Shown: positions 45,422 through 55,169 of the stretch, piece by piece
Numbering within the stretch: position 1 is the stretch's first letter
Layout of the letters: each line of letters opens with the position of its first letter
Origin: Steroidobacteraceae bacterium
GTDB taxonomy: Bacteria; Pseudomonadota; Gammaproteobacteria; Steroidobacterales; Steroidobacteraceae
Reading direction: 5' to 3'
NCBI GenBank assembly: GCA_036498345.1
Contig: DASYFQ010000018.1
Location: 29,842 to 93,841 of the forward strand
DNA: 64,000 bases
Notes under the pieces: model-generated
What the model saw: the letters and a program-made list of their open reading frames with translations, nothing else
Told to the model about the DNA's origin: nothing
Database searches by the model: none
Translations under genes and position numbers: made by a program

Positions 45422-46757
45422 GAATTATCACTCCCGTATGACTGGCTCCACTGACGGACGTTCGAATAGGCGCACTGACCGCGCTCAAATCCTCGAGAAA
45501 CGAAGCGGCCGAGGCGTAACGATCGGCGGGGTCTTTAGCCAATAAACGATCGATGATCGGCTGGTAGCGCAGGACGCGCTGGGGCAACCGCGGCACCGGC
45601 GCCGCACGATGACCGGTGAAGATCTCGACCAGATTATTGCCGACGTACGGCAAGGCGCCCACCAGCATTTCGTAGAGCACGATGCCGAGACTGTAGAGAT
45701 CGCCTCGCGCATCCGGATCGCGGTTGTCGATCTGCTCCGGGCACACGTAGTAAGGGGTTCCCGTGCACAGGTCGGATCTCGATAGATCGCTCGCCGCTAG
45801 GCGCACGGATGCCGACCCGAAATCGATCAAGATCAGGCGGTTGTCGTCGGTCAACATCAAATTCGACGGCTTCAAGTCGCGGTGCACGACGTGCGCAGCA
45901 TGCAGCACCTGGAGCGCCTCGCCGATTTGGCGCGCGTAATTCACCGCATCGGCCTCGCTCACCGGATTCTTCAGACGATCGCGCAGACTCCCGCAGGGGA
46001 AATATTCCAGCGCGAGATACAGATAGTCATCGGTGATGCCATAGTCGAGCACGTCGGCAATCGAGCGATGATTCAGCGCCGACAGAATTTGGCATTCGCG
46101 CACGAACCGCTGCCGATCGGCCTCGGACACTTCGCGGCCTTTGAGCGCATGAACCTTGAGCGCGACGGGCTGTGCCAAATCGTCGTTGCGCGCCAGATAG
46201 ACGGACGCCGCAGCCGATTCCGCAATGGTCTTCACCAGACGGTATCCGGCGATCTGCGGCTGGCGCCGGGGATCGGCTGGCGCGCCGGCCGGGGAGCCGG
46301 AACTGCGCGCCGGCTCCACGAGCGGCTGCAAGACCTCGCCCAATTCGCCGATTTTCACCGAGTGAATCGGCCAATAGTCGTTGGCTCCCAGTTTGATGGT
46401 GCGCGCGGCGTTGCGTTCGTCGCCGCCGCGCGCAAATACGAATATGGGCAAGCGCGGCGCTTGGCCGCGCGTACGCGCGAGCCGCACCAGCGGGTCAACC
46501 GCGTTGTCGCGCGGGCCGAACTCGACGATGAGAAACAAGGCCACGTAGCCGGCGACGCGATCCGGGGTGAGCGCATCGAAGCTTGCGCTGCTGATGCAAT
46601 CTGCGTCGAGAGTCGCAACCGCCCGGCGCACCAGCGACGCGAGCCGCAGGCGGAGCTCGAGGTCATCGTGCACGACCAGGCAGCGACCGGCCGAACGTTT
46701 GGCTCCGGCAATGCTCGACTCGCGTCGATCGGTGCTTACGGAGGGTTTGCTGCTCAT
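45402..46757 (-). CDS. receiver-domain / Hanks-type Ser/Thr protein kinase fusion
   Basis: N-terminal REC-like region (LVVHDD..., KLGANDYWP). The kinase domain has VALKV, HRDLKPSNLML, DFG and YVCPEQ. Confidence 0.85.
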   Translation of the reverse strand: MSSKPSVSTDRRESSIAGAKRSAGRCLVVHDDLELRLRLASLVRRAVATLDADCISSASFDALTPDRVAGYVALFLIVEFGPRDNAVDPLVRLARTRGQAPRLPIFVFARGGDERNAARTIKLGANDYWPIHSVKIGELGEVLQPLVEPARSSGSPAGAPADPRRQPQIAGYRLVKTIAESAAASVYLARNDDLAQPVALKVHALKGREVSEADRQRFVRECQILSALNHRSIADVLDYGITDDYLYLALEYFPCGSLRDRLKNPVSEADAVNYARQIGEALQVLHAAHVVHRDLKPSNLMLTDDNRLILIDFGSASVRLAASDLSRSDLCTGTPYYVCPEQIDNRDPDARGDLYSLGIVLYEMLVGALPYVGNNLVEIFTGHRAAPVPRLPQRVLRYQPIIDRLLAKDPADRYASAASFLEDLSAVSAPIRTSVSGASHTGVIIHEVSVK

Positions 46758-46770
46758 GAGGCGTCAGTTG

Positions 46771-48843
46771 CTATTTCGACAGGCGAAAGGCGATGCGCAA
46801 TTTCGTGCTGACCGCGATGGCTTTTCCACCCTGCGTCATCGGCTGGTAGCGCATGCGCGTGAGCGCCTTGGTCGCGGCCGCGTCGAACATACCCGGCGGG
46901 CTCGAACCCAGCACCTTGACCGTAGCGACCTTGCCTTCCGCCGTGACCATGTAGGAAACGTCGACCCAACCCTCGATGCTCCGGCGCAGCGCCTCGCTCG
47001 GGTAGTCGAGTTCAATCCCTTTGACCCGGGTCAATGAGGCTTCCAGGACTTGCGGCGGCCCGGCGCTGGCCAGTTTCAACTGCGCCAGGCGCTGGTTGAG
47101 CGCAGCCAAATCGGCCGAGGCGCCCAAGCCCGCAGCCATCTGCAACAGCGCTTCGGCTCTGGCGGGTTGTGTGGTATCGAGCGCAGCACGGGCTTGATCG
47201 AGGATTTGCCCCTGAACGGCGCCGGATATTCGTGCCAGGCCGCTATTCTTGGGATCCGTGGCACGCAGCTGATTGACATAAAACAGCGCACTGTCGTTGT
47301 CGGGCTCGGTGAGTTTTCCTTGGGCGAGCCGGGATTGCGCCAGATCGAGGTATTGCGGCTGTTCGGGTGCGGCCGCGGCTTGCTGCGCGCGCGCCGTATT
47401 GAGTTCGTGTTGCAGGTTCGCGACGGTTGCGGCCGGAGCGCCGTAGGTGTGCAGGTCCGCGAGCAACCGATCCGCGTCGGTGAAACGCCGCTGCTCGACG
47501 GCGGTGCGCTCGGACTGTGCCAGCCGTTTGTATATTTCCTGGGACTGCGACTGCAGCGCGGCGATGCTTGCACCGGCAGCCCTGGCCTGCGCGAGGTAGT
47601 AGGCGGCGCTGTCGTTGCGCGGTTCCACCACTTTGTCCTGCTGCAAGCGCGTGTCGATCAGCTTCGCAAAATTCGCGATGTCGGATTCTTGGTGCCGCCG
47701 CCGCAGTTCGTCGCGCAACTGCGTGAGTTTCGCATTGCTGAGAGATTTGGTGCGGGCCGCCTCGTCGATCAGTTGCGTCGCGCGATCGAAATTCTGTGCG
47801 TTGATAGTCGCCAGAATCTGCGCCGGGCCGAACTCGGCCCGCAAGCTGGCGATGCGCTCATCGAGCGTGGACAAGCGACCATCGGCGGGATTGATGCTGC
47901 GTGCGGTTTCGAGCGCCTGCAACGCAACGTCGAACTTGCGTTCGTCCAACGCGGACTGCGCCCGCGTGAACAGAATTTCGGCGAGGCGCTGCAAACCCTG
48001 GCGCGCTTCGCCGTTGTTGGGATCGATAAGAAGCGCATTTCTATAGAGCGTCAGCGCGCTGCCGTCGGCCGGATCGATGAAGTGCCGATCGAGCATCGCC
48101 TTCCCGGCTTTCTCGATCAGCAGATCGATCTTTTCGTCGGCTGCCGCCGGTGCTTTGCCGGGCGGTTGCGCGGCGTGCTCCGAGTTCGCCGCGGGCTCGG
48201 GTTTGACCGGCGCATCGTGCCGGAGGACGACGAACACCCCGGCGGCGGCGGCGAGCACGCCCGCAATGATGGATACGGGGATCCATGGAATTCTTCGTTG
48301 ACCGGATGGTGCGGCGGGCGACCCCGCGCCGGCCGATTCCGTGGCGGGTGATCCCGCGCCCGGGGCCGCGGTGCTGCCGTCGCCGAGCAGCGCCACTCGC
48401 GCGTTGACCTCCTCGTGGGCGCTATCGAGGGCGGCCGTCAAATTTGCGGCCGCTATCGGCAGCGCCACATGAGCTACGACCTGGCGCAGGGCGATGGGGT
48501 TCGCCCACGTATGAGCCCCGCTCGCCTCGTCCAGCGCAATCACTGCAAAACGAGGGGAATGCAGCTGCAGGCGGGACAGTGCGCCGGCGGTCTCGGTTTG
48601 ATTTCGCGCATCCCACAAGACGATGGCCGGTTGGCCCGAGGTCGTCGCCGTGAGCAACTCATCGATGGAGTCCACCTGCTTGAGGATGAGGTCGCTCCCC
48701 ACATGCGGCCCGATCTGCGGCCACAGCATGTCGTCGCCTGTGATGAGGAGCACCGAGAGCTTGGCTTTTTTCGCCGCGGGTCCGGGCGTACGCCGAGCGA
48801 GTTCCGACGCGGCGGATTCACTTTTTCTTGTTGCGCTTTGCAC
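46771..48843 (-). CDS. receiver-like / TM / helical-repeat / TonB C-terminal domain protein
   Basis: Domain order: cytoplasmic REC-like region (VLLITGDD, IVLWDARN, AVIALDE), a low-complexity linker, one TM (IPVSIIAGVLAAAAGVFVVL), about 380 aa of TPR-like repeats, then a TonB-C domain (LDYPSEALRRSIEGWVDVSYMVTAEGKV...RYQP). Confidence 0.75.
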   Translation of the reverse strand: MQSATRKSESAASELARRTPGPAAKKAKLSVLLITGDDMLWPQIGPHVGSDLILKQVDSIDELLTATTSGQPAIVLWDARNQTETAGALSRLQLHSPRFAVIALDEASGAHTWANPIALRQVVAHVALPIAAANLTAALDSAHEEVNARVALLGDGSTAAPGAGSPATESAGAGSPAAPSGQRRIPWIPVSIIAGVLAAAAGVFVVLRHDAPVKPEPAANSEHAAQPPGKAPAAADEKIDLLIEKAGKAMLDRHFIDPADGSALTLYRNALLIDPNNGEARQGLQRLAEILFTRAQSALDERKFDVALQALETARSINPADGRLSTLDERIASLRAEFGPAQILATINAQNFDRATQLIDEAARTKSLSNAKLTQLRDELRRRHQESDIANFAKLIDTRLQQDKVVEPRNDSAAYYLAQARAAGASIAALQSQSQEIYKRLAQSERTAVEQRRFTDADRLLADLHTYGAPAATVANLQHELNTARAQQAAAAPEQPQYLDLAQSRLAQGKLTEPDNDSALFYVNQLRATDPKNSGLARISGAVQGQILDQARAALDTTQPARAEALLQMAAGLGASADLAALNQRLAQLKLASAGPPQVLEASLTRVKGIELDYPSEALRRSIEGWVDVSYMVTAEGKVATVKVLGSSPPGMFDAAATKALTRMRYQPMTQGGKAIAVSTKLRIAFRLSK

Positions 48844-49150
48844 CGATGCCCTCCTTGTTCCTCATCCAGTCAGTTTTGCTGCACTGCGATTACGCAGCGC
48901 TCGCGATGCCGGCCGATTGTGTCGCCGCTTGCAAGATCCTCATGGAAATGAAGAATTCACGGGATGGCTTGGATCACATTTTGGATGTAGTCCAGACCCC
49001 ATCCCCGGCCGGTCCCCGCGGCGATTTAGTCAAGGTGAGAACCACTTCGCAGATGCGGCCGGTTTCGCGTCCGGCCCGGCGCCTATATGATCGACCCCAG
49101 AGCCCGCGTACCCCCGTAAGGCCTGTCTCGCTCTGGGTTAAAAAGTCTGG

Positions 49151-50317
49151 ATGAGCAATCAAGTAATCGTGATCGGCGGCGGTGTCATGGGCTCGGCGCT
49201 CGCCTACTGGCTGACGCGGCTCGATGCATCCGTCGGCGTAACGGTCATCGAGCGCGACCCCTCGTACGCGCAAGCGTCATCCGCCCTCTCGGCCGCGTCC
49301 ATCCGTCAGCAATTTTCGACCCCCGTAAACATCCGCATCTCGCAAGCCAGCGTCGCCTTTCTGCGCAATGCCGCGGTCGAACTCGGCATCGACGATGAGA
49401 GGCCCGATGTCATGCTGCGCGAGGCCGGTTATCTTTATCTCGCGGGAGCCGCCGGCGCTGCGGAGCTGCGCCAGGCGCATGCCGTGCAAAAGGCCTGCGG
49501 CGCCGATATCGCGCTCATGGACCGCACCGATCTCGAGAGACGCTTCGGCTGGTTGAACACCTCCGATCTATCCTTGGGCTCGCTGGGCTTGAGCGGTGAA
49601 GGCTGGTTCGACGGCTATACCCTGCTGACGGCGTTCGCCCGCAAGGCTCGTCGACTGGGCGCGCGCTACGTGAACGCGGAAGTCAGCGGCTTCTCGGTGG
49701 AAGGTACCCGCGTCACCGATGTGATCACGGCAGGCGGTTCGCGGATGGCCTGCACCCACGTGGTCAATGCCGCGGGCCCGTGGGCGCGACACGTCGCCGC
49801 CATGGTGGGCGTGGCCTTGCCGGTGTTTGCACGGCGGCGCACGGTCTACGTGATCTCCTGCCCGACCCCCATGAGTCCTTTCCCGCTGGCGATCGATCCG
49901 ACGGGATTCTGGATTCGCCCCGAAGGCACGAAATTCATCGCCGGCTTTTCGCCGATCGACGATCCGGATGATCAGCCGCTGCAGCCGGACTACGACTCCT
50001 TCGAGAGCTATCTCTGGCCGGCGCTTGCCCATCGCATTCCGGCGTTCGAGGAAGCCAAGCTCGAGCGCGCCTGGTCCGGCTACTTCGAGATGAACACGTT
50101 TGACCACAATGCCATTCTGGGTCCGCATCCGTCATTGGAGAACTTCCTGTTCATGAACGGATTCTCGGGTCATGGCATGCAGCAGGCGCCGATCATCGGC
50201 CGTGCCATCGCCGAACTCATTCTGCTCGGCCGCTTCGAGACACTCGATTTATCGGATCTGCTGTTCACGCGAATCGCCGAGAACCGTCCGCTTCGCGAAG
50301 CGAACGTGATCGGATGA
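49151..50317 (+). CDS. FAD-dependent oxidoreductase (DAO family)
   Basis: VIVIGGGVMGSALAYWL dinucleotide-binding motif and a C-terminal GFSGHGMQQAP motif. Confidence 0.85.
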   Translation: MSNQVIVIGGGVMGSALAYWLTRLDASVGVTVIERDPSYAQASSALSAASIRQQFSTPVNIRISQASVAFLRNAAVELGIDDERPDVMLREAGYLYLAGAAGAAELRQAHAVQKACGADIALMDRTDLERRFGWLNTSDLSLGSLGLSGEGWFDGYTLLTAFARKARRLGARYVNAEVSGFSVEGTRVTDVITAGGSRMACTHVVNAAGPWARHVAAMVGVALPVFARRRTVYVISCPTPMSPFPLAIDPTGFWIRPEGTKFIAGFSPIDDPDDQPLQPDYDSFESYLWPALAHRIPAFEEAKLERAWSGYFEMNTFDHNAILGPHPSLENFLFMNGFSGHGMQQAPIIGRAIAELILLGRFETLDLSDLLFTRIAENRPLREANVIG

Positions 50318-51246
50318 AGTACATCGACTTCGATACCGTTCATCGCCTCGCCAGCGTAGGGAGTCTCGTGGAGCCGCTGCGTCGCGCCTTCGTGTCGCAA
50401 GCAGTCAGTCCGGAGCGGGCTCACTACGATCTCGATGCGACCGATCGGCCGCGTACCTTGCTGCTGATGCCGTCGTGGCAGCCGGACGGCGACATCGGCG
50501 TGAAGATTGCCACGGTATTCCCGGACAACGCCGATCGAGGATTGCCGTCCGTGAACGCCGCGTACTTGCTGCTCTCGGGACAAACAGGGCAGCCCCGAGC
50601 ATGGATTGACGGACGGGCGCTCACGCTGATTCGCACCGCCGCGGTGTCCGCCTTGGCGGCCGATCTGCTGGCGCCGGCGGCGCCAGACGTGCTCCTGATG
50701 GCAGGCACGGGAGCTCTGTCGCGATACTTCGTCGAAGGTCATCTGGCCGTGCGCCGGTACCGATCCGTCCTCATCTGGGGACGAGATCCGCACAAGGCAG
50801 CGGCCGTGGCCCGGGATCTCAGCGCTCGCGGATGGCCCGTCGAGATCGCGAGCGATTTGGAGACGGCCGCGCGCGCGGCGGACGTGATCAGCTGCGCGAC
50901 GCTGGCGCAGAAGCCCCTGATCGAGGGCCGCTGGCTCAAATCCGAATGTCACTTGGATTTGGTCGGAAGCTTCAGCCCCGATATGAGGGAAGCCGACGAT
51001 GATTGCATGCGCGGTGCTTGCATTGCCGTCGATACAGTCGCCGCGCTCACCCAAAGCGGCGACCTGATCGGGCCTCTGGCACGGGGTGTCGTTGCGAAAG
51101 CCGACATCTCCTTGCTCGGCGAATTGATTGCCGCAAAGCCGGCTGCATCGCGTGCGCGCAAGACAGTGTTCAAATCAGTGGGCGTGGCACTCGCGGATCT
51201 CGCCGTCGCCGAGCACCTGATCGGACGCAACCGGCCGGGCGTTTAG
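50314..51246 (+). CDS. ornithine cyclodeaminase / mu-crystallin family protein
   Basis: Characteristic LTLIRTAAVSALAA and MAGTGALS Rossmann motifs. Overlaps the upstream gene by 4 nt. Confidence 0.85.
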   Translation: MKYIDFDTVHRLASVGSLVEPLRRAFVSQAVSPERAHYDLDATDRPRTLLLMPSWQPDGDIGVKIATVFPDNADRGLPSVNAAYLLLSGQTGQPRAWIDGRALTLIRTAAVSALAADLLAPAAPDVLLMAGTGALSRYFVEGHLAVRRYRSVLIWGRDPHKAAAVARDLSARGWPVEIASDLETAARAADVISCATLAQKPLIEGRWLKSECHLDLVGSFSPDMREADDDCMRGACIAVDTVAALTQSGDLIGPLARGVVAKADISLLGELIAAKPAASRARKTVFKSVGVALADLAVAEHLIGRNRPGV

Positions 51247-51290
51247 TTCTCCGCCTCGTCCCTCGCCGGCTCGTCCAACTCACGCCCCGT

Positions 51291-52355
51291 TCAGCTCACC
51301 CGCGACCGGTATGGCTCACCCCGCTTCCCAGCCGATTCGTCTGTGCTCCCCGGGCGCGCAAACGACAGGCAAACGGTCCGCGAGCGCACCATGCCGCGCG
51401 CGGCGCTGCCTCGAAGGTGAGGAACGCGCCAGAAGATGCGGTTGTCGCGCCGCACGAGATGACCTCGGACATGATGCAGCCGCGGCGATAGGCGGCCGAC
51501 CGGTTCGAATCCGCCGGAATCTGCTTCCCGGACCGAGTCGAGCGAGGCGCGCACCTCGATGTGATCGAGCAGCGGTGCTCGGCCATGCGCCTGACGTTTG
51601 CGATTGATGGCGGCACGCGACACCGGAATCCGGCGGGTGGCGTCTTTGGCGCTGAGCAACAGCAGAAACGCGAGAACCAGCGGCGGATCGCGAGCGACCG
51701 CCGCCAACGACGAGCGCACTACATCGCGCTGCGCGCCGGGATCAGTTGCGGCGGCACGATAGTAGGCTGCCCAGGTTGCGTCGAAGCGAAACCGCACGTG
51801 GTCGAGCAAACAATCCATCGCAGCATCGTCTCGTTGGCCAATGCCGGCGAAGCCGCCCGACAGGATGGCCGCAACATCCGACGCGTCCGCGAACTCAGCG
51901 CGCAAATCGATGTGAGTTTCGAGCGGCGACAGAGTCACTTCCGAACATGCGTCGGCGGCGTCGGCCCAAAAAGTCCGGGTCACGGCGCCGTAGCCGTCCG
52001 GTGACCCCTCCAGCAGCACTCCGACTCGGCGGCCCGACGAGGCCGTGTCGTAGTCGGCGGCCGACCCGGTCTCGTAGATTACGCGCTTGTGCACTTCATC
52101 GTTCCACTCGATCCACATTTGCCGCGCCGGCACTCGCAGCAGATCCAGACATCCCACCAGGCGCGCGCCGTCCGCGAACGCGAGCTCCGCGCACGCCTGC
52201 GTTAGATCATCGGCAAGAACGAAGCGCAACGGACAGTCGGCGACGCGCGATGCGTAGCGGCCGGGACCGGTGACCTGGAACGCAACCTCCGGACGATGGT
52301 GGGGGGCCAACAGGAGTGGCGCGCGAGTGCTGGCAACTCGGTCGAGTAGTCGCAT
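51291..52355 (-). CDS. hypothetical protein
   Basis: Start moved to MRLLDRV (52355) because the longer ORF overlaps the upstream gene. Has a basic C-terminal stretch LHHVRGHLVRRDNRIFWRVPHLRG. No family recognised. Confidence 0.4.
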   Translation of the reverse strand: MRLLDRVASTRAPLLLAPHHRPEVAFQVTGPGRYASRVADCPLRFVLADDLTQACAELAFADGARLVGCLDLLRVPARQMWIEWNDEVHKRVIYETGSAADYDTASSGRRVGVLLEGSPDGYGAVTRTFWADAADACSEVTLSPLETHIDLRAEFADASDVAAILSGGFAGIGQRDDAAMDCLLDHVRFRFDATWAAYYRAAATDPGAQRDVVRSSLAAVARDPPLVLAFLLLLSAKDATRRIPVSRAAINRKRQAHGRAPLLDHIEVRASLDSVREADSGGFEPVGRLSPRLHHVRGHLVRRDNRIFWRVPHLRGSAARGMVRSRTVCLSFARPGSTDESAGKRGEPYRSRVS

Positions 52356-52474
52356 CGGGGGACAACCTCGTGGAACGCAGCTCTGCCGACGCGTCCATGA
52401 GACTCTGCGGGCACCATCTGCGTCTGCGGCTTCGCGTCGAATTCGTCCCCGCCAACAGCGGCTTCGTCCCCGGC

Positions 52475-53146
52475 TTAAGGCGGCGGGATCGGAAACGCCA
52501 GAACATTCTCCGTATAGGTTTCGACCACTTCGCTGAACGGCGTCCCATCGGGCAAGGTCAGCACCGCCCGATGCTCCAACAGTTTGGATGGCATGGGTTG
52601 ATCCGCAACCACGTTGCGCGCGCCCGCCGCATTCATTTCCCAGCCGGCGGGCAGCGGAAGCCATAGCAGCGTCGCCGACAGAGTGTGGCGTTGGAAGTGG
52701 AGCGCCCGCACGACCACACCGAAAGGAGTGTCGGTGGTGTCCAGCAGCTTGTTCATCTCGGGCGTCAAGCGGCCAGGCACATACCAATTGTCCGCCTCGG
52801 ACAGCACGAACGCGCCGCACATCAATTTCACCCGCCGGTAGCGGACGGGCTCTTCCGGTGTGACCCCCAGCTCCCGGCGCTGGTCGAGCGTCGGCTGCTT
52901 GTCGATATTCGGAATCCGCGACGCGACGATCTTCGGAGGCGACGCCAATTTGTGCACGTCGCACCAACGCTCGAGCGTCAAGGTCGCGCTGTCATGGCTC
53001 AGCAAATCGGCGTTCAATGTCTGCAGCACCGCGAGTGCCTCGACCCGTGCGACGAAGCTGCCCGTCCAGTTCGGCGTTTGCGCCGCCGGCGCCGCACCGC
53101 ATAGGAATGTGCCCACCATAAGAAACCCCGGCAGTGATGATCGCAT
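52475..53146 (-). CDS. hypothetical secreted protein
   Basis: Signal peptide MRSSLPGFLMVGTFLCGAAPAAQ. No confident family. Any resemblance to a UbiC/DUF98-type fold is only an impression. Confidence 0.45.
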   Translation of the reverse strand: MRSSLPGFLMVGTFLCGAAPAAQTPNWTGSFVARVEALAVLQTLNADLLSHDSATLTLERWCDVHKLASPPKIVASRIPNIDKQPTLDQRRELGVTPEEPVRYRRVKLMCGAFVLSEADNWYVPGRLTPEMNKLLDTTDTPFGVVVRALHFQRHTLSATLLWLPLPAGWEMNAAGARNVVADQPMPSKLLEHRAVLTLPDGTPFSEVVETYTENVLAFPIPPP

Positions 53147-53355
53147 GTGTCCTCCAAGGGTGCCGCTATGGAGGCGACCGCCTCACCGAGAAAAAATTAC
53201 AAAGCTTTTTTTGAAGGCGGCACGCCCGTGCGGGCCTGTTCGTGTGTCAGGCCACGTCCGAGCGGGCTCTCCCCTTGGAGCCGGGGAACCGGCCGTCCGC
53301 CATCCTGCGGTATGTCGCGCGCGACGAACGCGCGGCTAATTGGGACCGCTTGAGC

Positions 53356-53637
53356 TCACGCCGCTTGCGTCGGCTGGAGTCGCCTGTCCACGGCCGCCTC
53401 GGCCGCGACCCAATCTTCGAGCTCGTTGCCCGCCGCAAATCCGCGCCGCTCAGCACGGAAATAAGCCTCCGCCGCCACCAATTGGCGTCGAACGTCAGGG
53501 TCAACACTTGTGGAGGCCGTCATCGTGGTCGATTCGAGGACCACCATCGCCGCATTGTCTGACAGCTCCGCCGGCGCCGCGGCCGCCTTTCGCCTCGTCG
53601 TCTTCTTCACAGGAGATTCGCGTTTCGTAACCATCAC
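53356..53637 (-). CDS. DUF2934 domain protein
   Basis: The C-terminal QLVAAEAYFRAERRGFAAGNELEDWVAAEA matches the DUF2934 signature. Confidence 0.6.
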   Translation of the reverse strand: MMVTKRESPVKKTTRRKAAAAPAELSDNAAMVVLESTTMTASTSVDPDVRRQLVAAEAYFRAERRGFAAGNELEDWVAAEAAVDRRLQPTQAA

Positions 53638-53791
53638 TCCGCCTTCGTGTGTGTGTACTGTGGATGCCGGGTGGCATGCTTAGGCACACCCGGGGCCCTT
53701 TGACTATATAACGGTCTCCCGCACATTCTGCAATCGAATTTGCAAGCCCAGCGGCGGCATCGCGCTTGCCATGCGCTCGCGCGCGTTCTAT

Positions 53792-54052
53792 TTATTGTGT
53801 CAGCGGATGCCCCTTGGGCAACTGATGCGCATACCAGGTCGCGAGCCGATGCCGGATCGTCTTCTCGCTGACCTGGTCTTCCGGCATCGGCGCGATGATC
53901 TTGTCGTGAACGAGCAGTCTATAGACGTACAAGGCCTTGTCGCTCGCCGAGTCGGTTGCTTCGAATTCAACCGCACCGCGGCCTTCCGCGTACTGAACCC
54001 CGGCGAGCAACGCAGCCTTGAACAACTCCGCTTCGTGCTTCAGCTTCTTCAT
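53792..54052 (-). CDS. hypothetical protein
   Basis: 86-aa ORF with an ATG start. No family recognised. Confidence 0.35.
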   Translation of the reverse strand: MKKLKHEAELFKAALLAGVQYAEGRGAVEFEATDSASDKALYVYRLLVHDKIIAPMPEDQVSEKTIRHRLATWYAHQLPKGHPLTQ

Positions 54053-54104
54053 AGGCGACCACTATAGACGACCGCTCAGCGTTGCACGTACTGCGAAGCC
54101 CCTT

Positions 54105-55169
54105 TCAGCGCTTGGACACCACCAGAACGGTAAAGGTATCGGGCACCGGCGTCGGCCGCGGATGAGGGGCAGCGGCCGTGGCGGGCGGCGGCGGACCGAA
54201 TTCGGCCGATACCAGGTAAACTTTTCCATGAGTCGGGTCCAGCGCCATGGTCCGCGCGCCCTTCTGTGTCTCGACCGCCTTGAGCACGGTGTAGTGATCC
54301 GGGGAATCTTGCTTTATCACGGACAGCGTACCATCGGTGTTCGAACTGAACACCATCCCGCGCTGGGTGTCATAGGCCGCGGCATCCGGCCCGTCACCAA
54401 TCTTGAGCTTGGCAACCTGCTTGCCCGTAGCCGAATCCGTGACCGCCATTACCTTATCATCGCAGACCGAAAACAAGCGATGGTGAGCCCGATCGAGCGC
54501 CAGCCCGCTGGGGGCTGCGCACCCCGGCAGCGTCCATGTGGCCGTGACGGTCAGGCTGTGACTGTCGATCACGGCGATTTGACCGGGTTCGCTCTCGATG
54601 TTGACGAAAATATGACCCGCACCGTCATCTGCGGCGAACTCCGGCTTATCGGGAACCGGCACCGTGGCGACGACGGCAAGGGTCGCCGCATCGAGGACGG
54701 TCACGTCCTTGCTCTTGCCATTGAAGGTGAACACATGTTTGCCGGTGGGCTCGTACAGGATGGCGTCGGGATTATGGCCCGATACGGGCGCTTCCTTGAT
54801 GACCTTGAGGGTGGCAAGATCGAATACCGTGACCGAGTCGGCCTTGCCATTGCTGGTATAGCCGCGGTTCAAGTCCTCGGCGAGCGCGATTCCGTGCACG
54901 CCCTGGGTGTTCGCAATCGTTCCGACGATCTTTCCCGAGTCGGTATTCACCACGTCGACATGATCCGCGCGGCTCAGGAAAAGCCGCTGGCCCGCCGCAT
55001 CGAGTGTCAGATAGTCCCAACCGCCGACGCCGCCCAGCTTCCAGTGCTGCTGCACGGCCAGGTCTTGAGCGGCCGGCGTCGCGGCAACCACCGCATCACC
55101 GCAGCCCAGTCCCAGTAACACGCCCTGTCCGATCAACCCGATGATTCCCACTGCGCGCGAGTACCGCAT
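54105..55169 (-). CDS. YncE-like beta-propeller repeat protein (secreted)
   Basis: Signal peptide, then repeated units of about 40 aa of the type GxxPxGIALD...LFV/YVxN, as in YVTN/YncE propellers. Confidence 0.7.
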   Translation of the reverse strand: MRYSRAVGIIGLIGQGVLLGLGCGDAVVAATPAAQDLAVQQHWKLGGVGGWDYLTLDAAGQRLFLSRADHVDVVNTDSGKIVGTIANTQGVHGIALAEDLNRGYTSNGKADSVTVFDLATLKVIKEAPVSGHNPDAILYEPTGKHVFTFNGKSKDVTVLDAATLAVVATVPVPDKPEFAADDGAGHIFVNIESEPGQIAVIDSHSLTVTATWTLPGCAAPSGLALDRAHHRLFSVCDDKVMAVTDSATGKQVAKLKIGDGPDAAAYDTQRGMVFSSNTDGTLSVIKQDSPDHYTVLKAVETQKGARTMALDPTHGKVYLVSAEFGPPPPATAAAPHPRPTPVPDTFTVLVVSKR

